Shown: positions 8,642 to 18,286, numbered from the stretch's first letter. The stretch is DNA of 49,891 nt from Candidatus Hodarchaeota archaeon (GCA_030589605.1 JAUUVJ010000001.1:1-49891), one strand, 5' to 3'. Translations and numbers: made by a program. The notes: a model not told the origin generated them from the letters alone.

Positions 8642-9925
8642 ATGCAATCTCACAAAAAATCAATGAATGAGATACAACAAAAAATTAACACTTTAATTGA
8701 TTCCTATTTCCAATTGAAGAATAAAGAAAAAACTTCTTCTCTGTACCCGTTAGTAACTCCAACTTTCGGTTCTGATGAAGTGAAAGAAGCTGTTGATTCA
8801 TTGTTAACTACTTTTGTCACGATGGGGAAGAAATGTGCCCAATTTGAGACTGATTTTGCCAATTATGTTGGTGTAAAGCATGGATTATTTGTTAATTCAG
8901 GTTCAACTGCCAATCTCATAGCACTGTCTATTTTAAGTTCACCAAAGATTCCCAACGCAATAAAACCAGGTGAAGAAATAATTACGTCTGCTGTTACATG
9001 GTCAACGACCGTATTTCCTATATATGACATTGGTGCAATCCCAGTATTCATTGATAGTGATCCTGAAACTATGACTCTTAATATTGATCAAATAGAAGAC
9101 GTAATTTCAGATAAAACTAAAGCTATAATGCCTGTTCATCTCTTAGGAAATCCTTGTGATATGAATGAAATATTAAGGATTGCTAATGAATATAAATTGC
9201 ATGTAATAGAAGATTGTTGTGAAGCTCATGGCGCCAAAATTGGTGATCGAATGATTGGATCTTTCGGACACCTTAATACATTTAGTTTCTTCTTTTCACA
9301 CCATATTTCCACGATCGAAGGTGGAATGATTTTAACAGATAATACTGAATTTTACCAGATTGGAAAAAGCTTACGTGCTCATGGATGGATCCGAGAACGA
9401 GATGATCAAAAATCAATTATTAAGAAGAACCCAAATTACGATCCTCGCTTTTTGTTTATTCATAGAGGGTTCAATGTCCGTCCTACGGAGATTCAAGGAG
9501 CATTTGGAATTCACCAACTTCCAAAATTGGAGAATTTTATTCAAACTAGAGAAATGGCAGCATTATTCTTGAATGAACACCTTGAAAAATATAGAAAATA
9601 TATCCACATCCCGAAAATCATAGATAAAGTAAGACAATCTTGGTTTGGATACTCTATCATAGTCAAACAAGAAGCTCCATTTACTAGAAATGAGTTATCA
9701 AAACATTTGGAGAATAATGGAGTAGAAACACGTCCAATAATGGGTGGAAATTTTGTTGAACAACCTATTATGTCAGAATTAAAATATAGAGCGAGTAACT
9801 CTCTACCAAACTCGCAACATATTTTTCATAATGGTATCTTTATTGGCCTTCATCACAAACTAGAGAAAAATATACTCAAGAAAATTGTAAAGATTTTTAA
9901 TGACTTTTTTGATAATTACATTTAA
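8642..9925 (+). CDS. PLP/PMP-dependent sugar 3-dehydratase of the ColD / RfbH(E1) branch of the DegT family
   Basis: DegT-family blocks are present (FVNSGSTANL, EDCCEAHGA). The Schiff-base lysine position is His: SFFFSHHISTIEGG here versus SFHPVKHITTGEGG in the PseC encoded at 23454-24593. Confidence 0.6.
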   Translation: MQSHKKSMNEIQQKINTLIDSYFQLKNKEKTSSLYPLVTPTFGSDEVKEAVDSLLTTFVTMGKKCAQFETDFANYVGVKHGLFVNSGSTANLIALSILSSPKIPNAIKPGEEIITSAVTWSTTVFPIYDIGAIPVFIDSDPETMTLNIDQIEDVISDKTKAIMPVHLLGNPCDMNEILRIANEYKLHVIEDCCEAHGAKIGDRMIGSFGHLNTFSFFFSHHISTIEGGMILTDNTEFYQIGKSLRAHGWIRERDDQKSIIKKNPNYDPRFLFIHRGFNVRPTEIQGAFGIHQLPKLENFIQTREMAALFLNEHLEKYRKYIHIPKIIDKVRQSWFGYSIIVKQEAPFTRNELSKHLENNGVETRPIMGGNFVEQPIMSELKYRASNSLPNSQHIFHNGIFIGLHHKLEKNILKKIVKIFNDFFDNYI

Positions 9926-9943
9926 TATTCACTTTGACAAGAT

Positions 9944-11281
9944 GTGAAAACCTTGGTGATTAATATTATTGTTTATGGAATGGGATATGTTGGCATTCCT
10001 ATTGCTGCTCTTCTTGCGAACATTGATGGATTTAATGTAATTGGTGTTCAACGTAGATCGAAAAGGTCTGGATGGAAAATTGACTGTCTTAATCAAGGAA
10101 AATCTCCTTTCAAAGGGAAAGAACCTGGTTTAAATGATCTTATCAGGACTGTTGTTAATAAAGGACAATTTAAAGTCACAGATGATCCTTCTATATGTTC
10201 TTCAGGAGATTATTTGCTCATCGATGTTCAAACTCCAACAGATGAAGCACACATTCCCCAATATGAATCATTGAAGGAAGTTAGTACTCAAATTGGTAAA
10301 CACATGAAAAAAGGCGTTACAATTATCGTTGAATCCACAGTCGCACCTGGGACAACAGAAGGGATAGTTCTTCCAATTTTAGAAAAAGAATCAGGTTTGA
10401 AAGGAGGAAAAGATTTCCATCTTGCTTTTTCTTATGAGCGTGTTATGCCAGGAAAATTATAAGAGTATATCGTGAATATGCCTCGTGTTATTGGGGGTAT
10501 TGATTTACCTAGCTCTAAAAAAGCACATTGGTTATACAAGCACATTGTTAAAGAAAAAATTACTATTACTGATAGTTGTGTTGCTGCTGAACTCGCAAAA
10601 ACAATCGAGAATTCTTATAGGGACGTAAATATTGCTTTTGCGAATGAAATGGCTTTAGTGTGTGAAAGTATGGGAGTAAATATCTATGAAATAATTGAAC
10701 TTATTAATGCTCGTCATGATCGTCATATGCATCTTCCTGGGGCTGGGGTTGGAGGCCATTGCCTTCCTAAAGACCCTTGGCTTTTAAGATATGGTCTTAT
10801 GAGATATGGTTCTAATTCCCGTGAACCAGAATTCATTTCCTTAGGTAGAAGGATTAATGATTACATGCCAATACATATGATCGAATTAATTGGAATGGCT
10901 TTTTCTGATCATCAACAGGAGTTTCATGATGCTGTTATTGCAGTTCTAGGGGTAGCTTATTTAGAAAATTCAGATGACGTTAGAAATGCACCTGCTCGAA
11001 CTGTTATTTCCTTATTAAAATCTCGAAATGCCCAAGTTAGAATTCATGATCCTTATATTAAAGAATTAGATGGCCTCTCTGTAGACCAAGATTTCTGGGA
11101 AGTAGTAACTCAAAGTAATTGCCTAGTTTTTATGACAAAACATTCACAATACTATGATATTGACTTAGAAAAACTGAAAAAAGTGATGAAATTACCTATA
11201 ATTGTTGATGGAAGGAATATTTTTGACCAAAAACAAGTAGAAAATCTTGGTTTTTCCTATAAAGGTGTCGGAAAGGGTTAA
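9944..11281 (+). pseudogene. UDP-N-acetyl-hexosamine 6-dehydrogenase (WecC/Cap5O family) interrupted by one in-frame TAA (10460-10462)
   Basis: ORFs 9944-10462 and 10472-11281 are in the same frame. Together they are collinear with the intact paralogue at 16421-17848 (GMGYVGIPIAALLA, ERVMPGKL*EYIVNMPRVIGG versus ERVMVGRLLYNILNYARIVGG, PGAGVGGHCLPKDP). Confidence 0.8.
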
Positions 11282-11405
11282 AAGGATATTTTTAACTTGT
11301 TTCCTTTTTTAATCTAGATTTAAGACCTTAGGAAATTAAATGTCATTATTGACTAAAACATTAAATAATAAAGATTAATACAGTATTACTATCAAAACAT
11401 TCCGA

Positions 11406-12524
11406 ATGGTTATATTTATGCCAAAAATAGCGTATTTCATAGATGATCATGGTCATGGGCACGCTAGTCGAAATATTGCTATTATTCGCTCTTTATTAGA
11501 GTTTAATTTAGAGACTTTGATCATCATTCTTACCTCAAAACCGTTACCTTTTATCAAACAATCTTTGCATTCCTCCGAGAATGAAGACCGAATTGAATTT
11601 CATGAATTTTCTAATTGCCATGGGTTTATTGGGGATGATTTAACTGGCAAAATCGACCATCAAGCTACTACTAGTCTTGTTCACAACTGGCTTCAATCCT
11701 GGAAGGAATCATACTTTTTTGAAGCATATAAATTTCTTAAGTCCAAGAATATTGATTTAATCATTTCTGATATATCTCCTCAACCGTTTTTATTAGCTGA
11801 AAAACTGGATGTCCCAAGTATTGCGATCAGTAACTTCACTTGGTTAGATATTTATCAAAATTTATCCTACAATGAAGATGATCTGAATTCAATATGGAAA
11901 GCGTATCGTGAGGCATCTTTGGGTTTATTGTTACCTTTTAATCTTGATAATACTGTTTTTCGCTCAACTCTTGAAGTGAGTTTAGTGAGTCGAAATTCTA
12001 TTCGTACACGAGACCAAATGCGAAAGTTCCTAGATATCGACTTATCAACAACTATTATTTATGCAGGTACGGGTGCTTCAATAAATAATCCGTTCAAAGC
12101 TGAATGGTTAAATACTGAAAATGTTTTCATAATTGGTGGTCACTCCAATCTTGAAAATGATATGAATGTACGAACAATACCAAAAAATGATCTTGAAACC
12201 CAAGAATATATTTCTTGTAGTGATATTGCTTTGATTAAGTTTGGGTATAGCTCAGTCTCTGAAGCTATTCGTTCACATATTCCCATCATTGGAGTTGATT
12301 TTGCTCAAACTACTGAATCCCGAATGATTTCAAAGAAGATAAAGGAACTAGGAATTGGGATTGAAGTTTCAGTAAAAGATTATTTCGACGGGAAATGGAG
12401 AGAATATATCCCTCAAGTTTTAGATCTTCAAACAAATTACTCTTCTTTGCCTGATCGATATACGAAGAATGGTGAAACCCAAATATCAAACATCATTTCA
12501 GATTTACTTGATGAAATCGGCTGA
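11406..12524 (+). CDS. GT-B fold glycosyltransferase (MurG/GT28-like, MJ1255-type)
   Basis: The N-terminus IAYFIDDHGHGHASRNIAI and the C-terminal SDIALIKFGYSSVSEAI nucleotide-sugar-binding-like block are present. The likely start is ATG 11418. Confidence 0.55.
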   Translation: MVIFMPKIAYFIDDHGHGHASRNIAIIRSLLEFNLETLIIILTSKPLPFIKQSLHSSENEDRIEFHEFSNCHGFIGDDLTGKIDHQATTSLVHNWLQSWKESYFFEAYKFLKSKNIDLIISDISPQPFLLAEKLDVPSIAISNFTWLDIYQNLSYNEDDLNSIWKAYREASLGLLLPFNLDNTVFRSTLEVSLVSRNSIRTRDQMRKFLDIDLSTTIIYAGTGASINNPFKAEWLNTENVFIIGGHSNLENDMNVRTIPKNDLETQEYISCSDIALIKFGYSSVSEAIRSHIPIIGVDFAQTTESRMISKKIKELGIGIEVSVKDYFDGKWREYIPQVLDLQTNYSSLPDRYTKNGETQISNIISDLLDEIG

Positions 12525-12762
12525 AATCTTTCTTTCTTATTTCATTTCAATATATCATTGAATTAATGAATTTTTTCATGATTTTATTTCGTTTTTCTTT
12601 ATTCTCTTTATTTCCCCTTCTCTATCTTCCTGTCATTTGGTTAGGTACTCCTTTAAATTTCTGGTAATAACTTTCAGGGTTTTTAAACCTATATATCTGA
12701 AGCTCATATAAAAAGAGGGATAGTTTCAAAAAAATAAAAAGAGAAAAAAGTGAATACTTTGT

Positions 12763-14067
12763 TTAATGGTATTCCTGTTTCTCTGGTTTGGTATTCCAGG
12801 CTAATAATAATATTAACCCGCCTAGAATGATGGTGATTGCCCATGACGCGATGGCTCCTTCTGAACCAAACAGGTCTAAAAAGACAGCTGATCCATAAGA
12901 AGTTACTGCAGCACCTACATATCCCCATCCATCGATAAAGCCCGTTGCAGTTGACGCTGCTTTCCGTGTTCCGAATTCCATGGGAATTGTCGATACTAGT
13001 AGAACATGAGGTCCAAAAACCAAAAATCCGATCAAAATGAGCATGGGTACACCTAACAACCAGTCTAATGGCGGAATAAACAAATAAGCAACTAATGAGA
13101 GCCCTAATACACCAAAGAGTACTGTAACAACTGGCATGCGTCGTTTTCCAAGATATTTATCTGAAAACCATGCACATACTAATGCTCCGATAATTCCTCC
13201 CAACGGAAATGCTAGTGTTTTCCAAATTGGAAAAAAATCATCATTTTGGACTTCCGTTGCAATCATATAAGGTAACCATTCAGTGATTCCATATCTAACG
13301 ATATTGAGACAGAAAAGGCCCAATGACGCAAACCATACGGTTCTATTACGAATTATCGATCCAAATGTGTATTCAAACCCGAGATGAGTATCTGCTCTTG
13401 CCTCTGCGATTGTGGTTTTTCCAGCATCTTCTTCTTCAATTGTTGGTAGTCCGACTTCTTCTGGGGCATTTCTTACTCGAATATACATATGAATCCCTGA
13501 AGCTAACATTATCACTCCAGCCACCCAAAATGCAAATCGCCAATCCAAACCAAGTGTTACGATTACGAATGTTGCTATCACCCAGGAAGCTGCTCCTCCT
13601 ACTTGATAGGAAGTTCCTAATCGACTTGACCATCGTCCTCGCTCTTCAGCGGGGTACCAATTGGCAACCGTCTTTACTGAAGGTGCCCAACCCATTGCCT
13701 GAAAGAATCCATTCATACCCCATAAGAGCATCATCATCCAAACTAATCCATTTGTAAACCCCATCAAAATATTTATACTAGCTGATACAATTAACCCAAA
13801 TGATACCAGTTTTCTTGCCCCAAATTTGTCCCCTAATATCCCATTGACAAACTGACCTCCTGCATACATTATGAAGAATAAGGTTCCAATCAGACCTAAT
13901 ACTCCGGCATCCACTAATGGATATTCGCCTTCAATAAAACTTTTAGCTATTCCGAAGTTGACTCGTCCTAGATAATAGGTTAAATACGTCACCCAGACGG
14001 TGATAAAAATTCGAGTTCTCCATTGCTTCCACATTTGATCTGTTTCTGTGTTCATTATTTCATTCAT
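12763..14067 (-). CDS. MFS transporter, organophosphate:phosphate antiporter (GlpT/UhpC/PgtP-like) type
   Basis: 434 aa with about 12 TM helices and the MFS loop motif GDKFGARK. The N-terminal YYLGRVNFGIAK and overall pattern resemble OPA-family transporters. Confidence 0.7.
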   Translation of the reverse strand: MNEIMNTETDQMWKQWRTRIFITVWVTYLTYYLGRVNFGIAKSFIEGEYPLVDAGVLGLIGTLFFIMYAGGQFVNGILGDKFGARKLVSFGLIVSASINILMGFTNGLVWMMMLLWGMNGFFQAMGWAPSVKTVANWYPAEERGRWSSRLGTSYQVGGAASWVIATFVIVTLGLDWRFAFWVAGVIMLASGIHMYIRVRNAPEEVGLPTIEEEDAGKTTIAEARADTHLGFEYTFGSIIRNRTVWFASLGLFCLNIVRYGITEWLPYMIATEVQNDDFFPIWKTLAFPLGGIIGALVCAWFSDKYLGKRRMPVVTVLFGVLGLSLVAYLFIPPLDWLLGVPMLILIGFLVFGPHVLLVSTIPMEFGTRKAASTATGFIDGWGYVGAAVTSYGSAVFLDLFGSEGAIASWAITIILGGLILLLAWNTKPEKQEYH

Positions 14068-14092
14068 TCTAAATCACATTGTTCCTCTTCGT

Positions 14093-14857
14093 TCATAAAA
14101 GTCCTTTTTTAATCATATCCTTTGCATATTCAAAGTCTTGTACCGTATCCATTTCAACCCATTTATTTTTGATGTCAACAGAATGAACTGGATATCCTCG
14201 TATAATTAGTTCCTGAATCATATCGGTAATGTAGGCATAATCCATATTAAGAGCATCATGAAATCGCCCTTCATATTTGCACCATTTATTCTCTTTTGCA
14301 CGATGATAATTCCTTACCAGAATTTCTGCTCCTTTTCTAGAAAATTTCGCTAGCCCAATAAATTCTCCATAAGCTATCTCTGGATTAAAGAACTTGGATA
14401 GTTTCGTAACTCTATCACCTTCTACACAAGCTAATTCTGCTTCGTCAGTTGGATGATCTGTCCTGCCAATATACCTTTTATTCCAAGAGGTATCGATAAT
14501 AAGGCTGATATCATGAGGAGAGTCTATAAGTTTTTGAACAACGTCTTTTGAATATAGTATATCAGAATATGATACAATAAATCCTTCATCCATGAATTCT
14601 TCGGCGTAGAAGAGGGAGGGTAATATGTTGTTATTATAATAGTCATCATTGTCATAATAGGTAACATTTGGAATGTTTATCTTCTCTTTCTGATATCCTC
14701 GAACAATAGCAAAGTCTTTAATGCCACATTCACGTTGAGCAGTCATTATTCTTTCAAGAATAGATTTTCCTTCAATTTCTAACAAAGTTTTAGGCAGATA
14801 CTCTGTAAGAGGGCGCAATCTAGTGCTTGGGCCCGCTGCTAAAATTATTGATTTCAT
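14093..14857 (-). CDS. LicC/MobA-like nucleotidyltransferase (phospho-alcohol or sugar-phosphate cytidylyltransferase type)
   Basis: The N-terminus is ILAAGPSTRLRPLTEYLPKTLL, and a C-terminal WVEMDTVQDF block is present. It forms an operon-like pair with the MFS transporter. Confidence 0.7.
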   Translation of the reverse strand: MKSIILAAGPSTRLRPLTEYLPKTLLEIEGKSILERIMTAQRECGIKDFAIVRGYQKEKINIPNVTYYDNDDYYNNNILPSLFYAEEFMDEGFIVSYSDILYSKDVVQKLIDSPHDISLIIDTSWNKRYIGRTDHPTDEAELACVEGDRVTKLSKFFNPEIAYGEFIGLAKFSRKGAEILVRNYHRAKENKWCKYEGRFHDALNMDYAYITDMIQELIIRGYPVHSVDIKNKWVEMDTVQDFEYAKDMIKKGLL

Positions 14858-14955
14858 ATTGGTGTCACTTGTCCTTTTTGTATCTTTTCACACATTTCTA
14901 GTGCAAATATTTAAATAGAATGACTTTATTTCACACACTATTGTAGGAAAACAAC

Positions 14956-15858
14956 GTGAGATACATGGTTTTCATTAAAAAAGTAAAATCTGGTTCGAAC
15001 ACCTATTATTACCTAATGCAAAGTTTTCGTTTAGATGGAAAAGTCCGTCAAAGATTAATAAAAAAAATCACTGTTGAAGAAGCCAATGATCCTGAATTTA
15101 TCGATACTTTCCTGAAGGATAATCCTAGTTTCGAGTATACTGGAATTAAAGCTATTATTCCAGCAGCAGGTAAATCAGTTCGTCTTTTTCCTCATTCTCA
15201 AGATCTACCCAAAGGACTTATCCCTGTAGGTAAAAAATCTATCCTCCGCTACATTATTGAATCGCTTCATAATTATGGAATTAACGAAATAATTATCATT
15301 ACTGGTTTTCAAGATAATAAAGTGCGTAAATGTTTTCGAAGTGAGGTAAAATACATTTTCAACCCCTTTTTCAGTATCTCAAATATTCTAGCAAGCATCT
15401 GGATGGCACAAAATGAATTAGAGGGTACAGTTATCATTCTCTATAGTGATTTGCTTTTTGAAAAAACGATTCTTGATAAGCTTATCCAAGATGAGAATGA
15501 TTTTTCAATTGCAATTTCTCCTAATAACTTGGATAGTGAGGCAGAAAAAGTAATTTTGAACGGTAATTTTGTTAATGAAATAGGAAAAGATATTCCATAT
15601 GATTCGAAGGGATTTGAATTCGTAGGTATTGCTAAATTTTCTAAGAATGGAGTACAATATCTTAAAGAAACATTAGAGGAAATGGCTCATGAGGAGGGGT
15701 TCTTAGGTTTTTATTTCACGGATGTAATTCAACGGTTGATTTATAAAGGTTTAAAGATCAGTACTCAAGTAATTGCTCCAGAACTTTGGGTAGATATTGA
15801 TTTCCCGAGAGATTTACAACGAGCAGAAAACAAGGTACTACCTCTTCTTTTCCCCTAA
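14956..15858 (+). CDS. LicC-like nucleotidyltransferase with a foreign ~55-aa N-terminal extension
   Basis: The core runs from IIPAAGKSVRLFP...LPKGLIPV to WVDIDFPRDL. The N-terminal MVFIKKVKSGSNTYYYLMQSFRLDGKVRQRLIKK resembles the N-termini of IS1634-type transposases. Confidence 0.7.
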   Translation: MRYMVFIKKVKSGSNTYYYLMQSFRLDGKVRQRLIKKITVEEANDPEFIDTFLKDNPSFEYTGIKAIIPAAGKSVRLFPHSQDLPKGLIPVGKKSILRYIIESLHNYGINEIIIITGFQDNKVRKCFRSEVKYIFNPFFSISNILASIWMAQNELEGTVIILYSDLLFEKTILDKLIQDENDFSIAISPNNLDSEAEKVILNGNFVNEIGKDIPYDSKGFEFVGIAKFSKNGVQYLKETLEEMAHEEGFLGFYFTDVIQRLIYKGLKISTQVIAPELWVDIDFPRDLQRAENKVLPLLFP

Positions 15859-15904
15859 GTAGAGTCAATAATCAATTCACTATTCTCGAATAGCTTTTTC
15901 TCAA

Positions 15905-16283
15905 AATGAATGATATGAAGAAAATATGAAAAAAAATACCTAATGATGATGTAGAAAGCCAAGATTATATTATGTGCAGTGATATTGCCTTGATAAAGCC
16001 AGGATACAGCTCTGTATCTGAGGCTATTCGTTCTCAAATCCCTATTATTGCCGTAGATTTCCCACAATCTAGAGAATCTAAATTTATTTCTAACACAATT
16101 CAAGAGCTTGGAATTGGAAAAATAATCACTCCAAACGAATATTTTATGGGTAAATGGAACGAGATTATTCCTGAAGTTCTGCGAATGAAAGAGAACTATA
16201 AAGATCTTCCTAGTAGATTTGCACAAAATGGTGAAATTCAAATCTCTACTATTATTCTGGATTTGTTAGAGGAAATTATGTAG
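15905..16283 (+). pseudogene. C-terminal fragment of an MJ1255-type glycosyltransferase (paralogue of 11406-12524)
   Basis: The 15972-16283 ORF (MCSDIALIKPGYSSVSEAIRSQIPIIAVDF...) aligns with the last ~105 aa of the 11406-12524 product. Homology continues upstream (KKIPNDDVESQDYI versus TIPKNDLETQEYI) but is broken by stops. The N-terminal two-thirds are absent. Confidence 0.65.
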
Positions 16284-16420
16284 TTATAGAGGTTTTTTCT
16301 CTTAATTTTTGATTTTTTTGGTCTTTAAATGATTAAATCTTCCCTTAGACCGTTTTTTTCTACTTAAAATAACTTATTTAATATTGAATTGTCAATTTTC
16401 GTATCTTTAAGAGAAGATAC

Positions 16421-17848
16421 ATGCTCAGAGTAGAGTTAATTAATTTTTACATTCCTCGCCCCCTTGTGAATGTTATGGCGGAAAAGGTAGCTGTTATCGG
16501 GATGGGCTATGTTGGTATTCCTATTGCCGCATTGTTAGCCGATACAGGTGATTTTGAAGTTATTGGTATCCAAAGACGATCAAAACGTTCAGAGTGGAAG
16601 ATTGATTATCTGAATGAAGGTAAATGTCCTATCAAAAACGAGCCAGATCTACCTGAATTAATTAAAAGGATTGTTTTAGAAAAAAAGACCTTCTCAGTCA
16701 GTGACGATATTTCAGCTGTTAGTGCTATGGATTATATCTTAATCGATGTCCAAACACCAACCAACGAAAACAATGTTCCTCAATATGTTTCTCTTCGTGA
16801 AGTTAGTCACCAGGTCGGCGAGAACTTATCGAAAGGGGTAACTGTGATCATCGAATCCACCTGCGCTCCTGGAACAACTGATTATATCGTTAAACCCATT
16901 CTAGAGAAAGCATCTGGTTTGGAATGTGGAAAAGATTTCTTCCTTGCTTTTGCTTATGAGAGGGTCATGGTTGGACGATTACTCTACAATATTTTGAACT
17001 ACGCTCGAATTGTTGGAGGAGTTGGTAAAGAAAGTGCTGCAAAAGCCACTCTCATGTATGAAAAAGTGCTAAAAAGTGAAATTATTCAAACAACTGCAAT
17101 GACTGCTGAAGTAGCTAAAGTTGTTGAAAATACCTATCGTGATGTTAATGTCGCTTTCGCTAATGAAGTTGCTCTTGTTTCAGAATCACTAGGTGTAGAT
17201 GTTCATGAAGTCCGACTGTTAGTAAACAATCTTCCTTTCTTGAAAGGTCGTGGTAATCCTCATCGTAACATGCACGTTCCTGGTGCGGGTGTTGGTGGTC
17301 ATTGCCTCGTTAAAGATCCCTGGCTATTGAAATATGGCTTGAATAAGTATGGAAAACGACCAGTGGATTTAAGAGTTATTGAGTCCAGCCGTTATCGTAA
17401 TTCAAATATGCCCAAGTATGTTTATCAACTATTAACAGAGTGTCTTCACCAAGCTAATAAAAAAATCTCTGATTCCTTAAAAATAGCTGTTTTAGGTGTA
17501 GCGTACATTGAAGATTCAGACGATCCCCGTAATACCCCAACTCGTGATATAATTCAGCAATTAAAGAAGAACAACATTAATTTCATGGTGCACGACTCTT
17601 TTGTTCGCCAAGGAGAGGTTAATTTTCCCTTTACTAATGATCTCAATTCAGTTATTGCAGACTCAGATGCTATTCTTGTTATAACAGCCCATCAAGAGTA
17701 TAAAGACTTGAATCTTCATTCAATTAAAACTCTGATGAAGGAATCACCTATTATTATAGATGGTCGTGTTACTTTTCCCCCTGAAATAGTTGTTGAAACA
17801 GGGTTTATTTACAGGGCTATTGGTCGAGGGCAATTCATTCCAGAATAG
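16421..17848 (+). CDS. UDP-N-acetyl-hexosamine 6-dehydrogenase (WecC/Cap5O/WbpA family)
   Basis: Motifs GMGYVGIPIAALLA, PGAGVGGHCLVKDP and GVAYIEDSDDPRNTP are present. The probable true start is ATG 16475 (MAEKVAVIG). Confidence 0.85.
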   Translation: MLRVELINFYIPRPLVNVMAEKVAVIGMGYVGIPIAALLADTGDFEVIGIQRRSKRSEWKIDYLNEGKCPIKNEPDLPELIKRIVLEKKTFSVSDDISAVSAMDYILIDVQTPTNENNVPQYVSLREVSHQVGENLSKGVTVIIESTCAPGTTDYIVKPILEKASGLECGKDFFLAFAYERVMVGRLLYNILNYARIVGGVGKESAAKATLMYEKVLKSEIIQTTAMTAEVAKVVENTYRDVNVAFANEVALVSESLGVDVHEVRLLVNNLPFLKGRGNPHRNMHVPGAGVGGHCLVKDPWLLKYGLNKYGKRPVDLRVIESSRYRNSNMPKYVYQLLTECLHQANKKISDSLKIAVLGVAYIEDSDDPRNTPTRDIIQQLKKNNINFMVHDSFVRQGEVNFPFTNDLNSVIADSDAILVITAHQEYKDLNLHSIKTLMKESPIIIDGRVTFPPEIVVETGFIYRAIGRGQFIPE

Positions 17849-17920
17849 GCCTCATTCTTTCTCACTGTTTCTTAATGGAAGAAATAATCCTGATTTTACT
17901 TAGGACAATCTTTATTGGAT

Positions 17921-18286
17921 TCAAAATATTTCATATATCAGAATATGATATAGTCTTTTTTTCCTTGAATAATTAGCCTTCTTCCTAATAGATACCTGTT
18001 TATCGGTTTCTAGCTTTCGTTGAAGTAACTCTGGATCATACAAGATGTTTTTCTTAAATTTACATGTCAGCAGAACTTTTTTATGTATAAAATCAGGATT
18101 TTTTATTTTCTTGAAAAAGAGATAATGAATTCCTACTATTCGTCTAATTTTACGTTGAATATGATATGATACCTTCCAAAGGAATTTATCTTGGAATCGC
18201 GGAATTATAATAGGTACATTTATCCCTAATTCACGAGCAGCAAAAACTCTATAATCCCCATCCACAACTTTCATTGCCTTATTCAC
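17921..18286 (-). CDS. ParB/DGQHR-like domain remnant with a lysine-rich tail (possibly a pseudogene)
   Basis: VVDGDYRVFAARELGINVPII matches the ParB-type DGxxRxxAxxxLG motif. The reading frame stays open upstream to about 18391 (IDDPKQYDDPTALDLVHYLECLPSIALYGFKYVVIV) without an ATG, GTG or TTG. Confidence 0.4.
   Translation of the reverse strand: MNKAMKVVDGDYRVFAARELGINVPIIIPRFQDKFLWKVSYHIQRKIRRIVGIHYLFFKKIKNPDFIHKKVLLTCKFKKNILYDPELLQRKLETDKQVSIRKKANYSRKKRLYHILIYEIF

Noticed and set aside
6897-10462. Stop-codon reassignment or programmed recoding as an explanation for the in-frame TAA codons in gmd and the dehydrogenase.
   Set aside because: TAA also terminates many genes in this window at the positions expected from homologues, for example ugd, both EamA-like genes and the epimerase at 303. 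TAA is therefore a genuine stop here. Nonsense mutation, polymorphism or consensus error is more parsimonious.
12704-12928. 74-aa minus-strand ORF overlapping the 3' end of the MFS transporter gene.
   Set aside because: It is an out-of-frame overlap with a well-supported gene, has no recognisable motif, and is most likely spurious.
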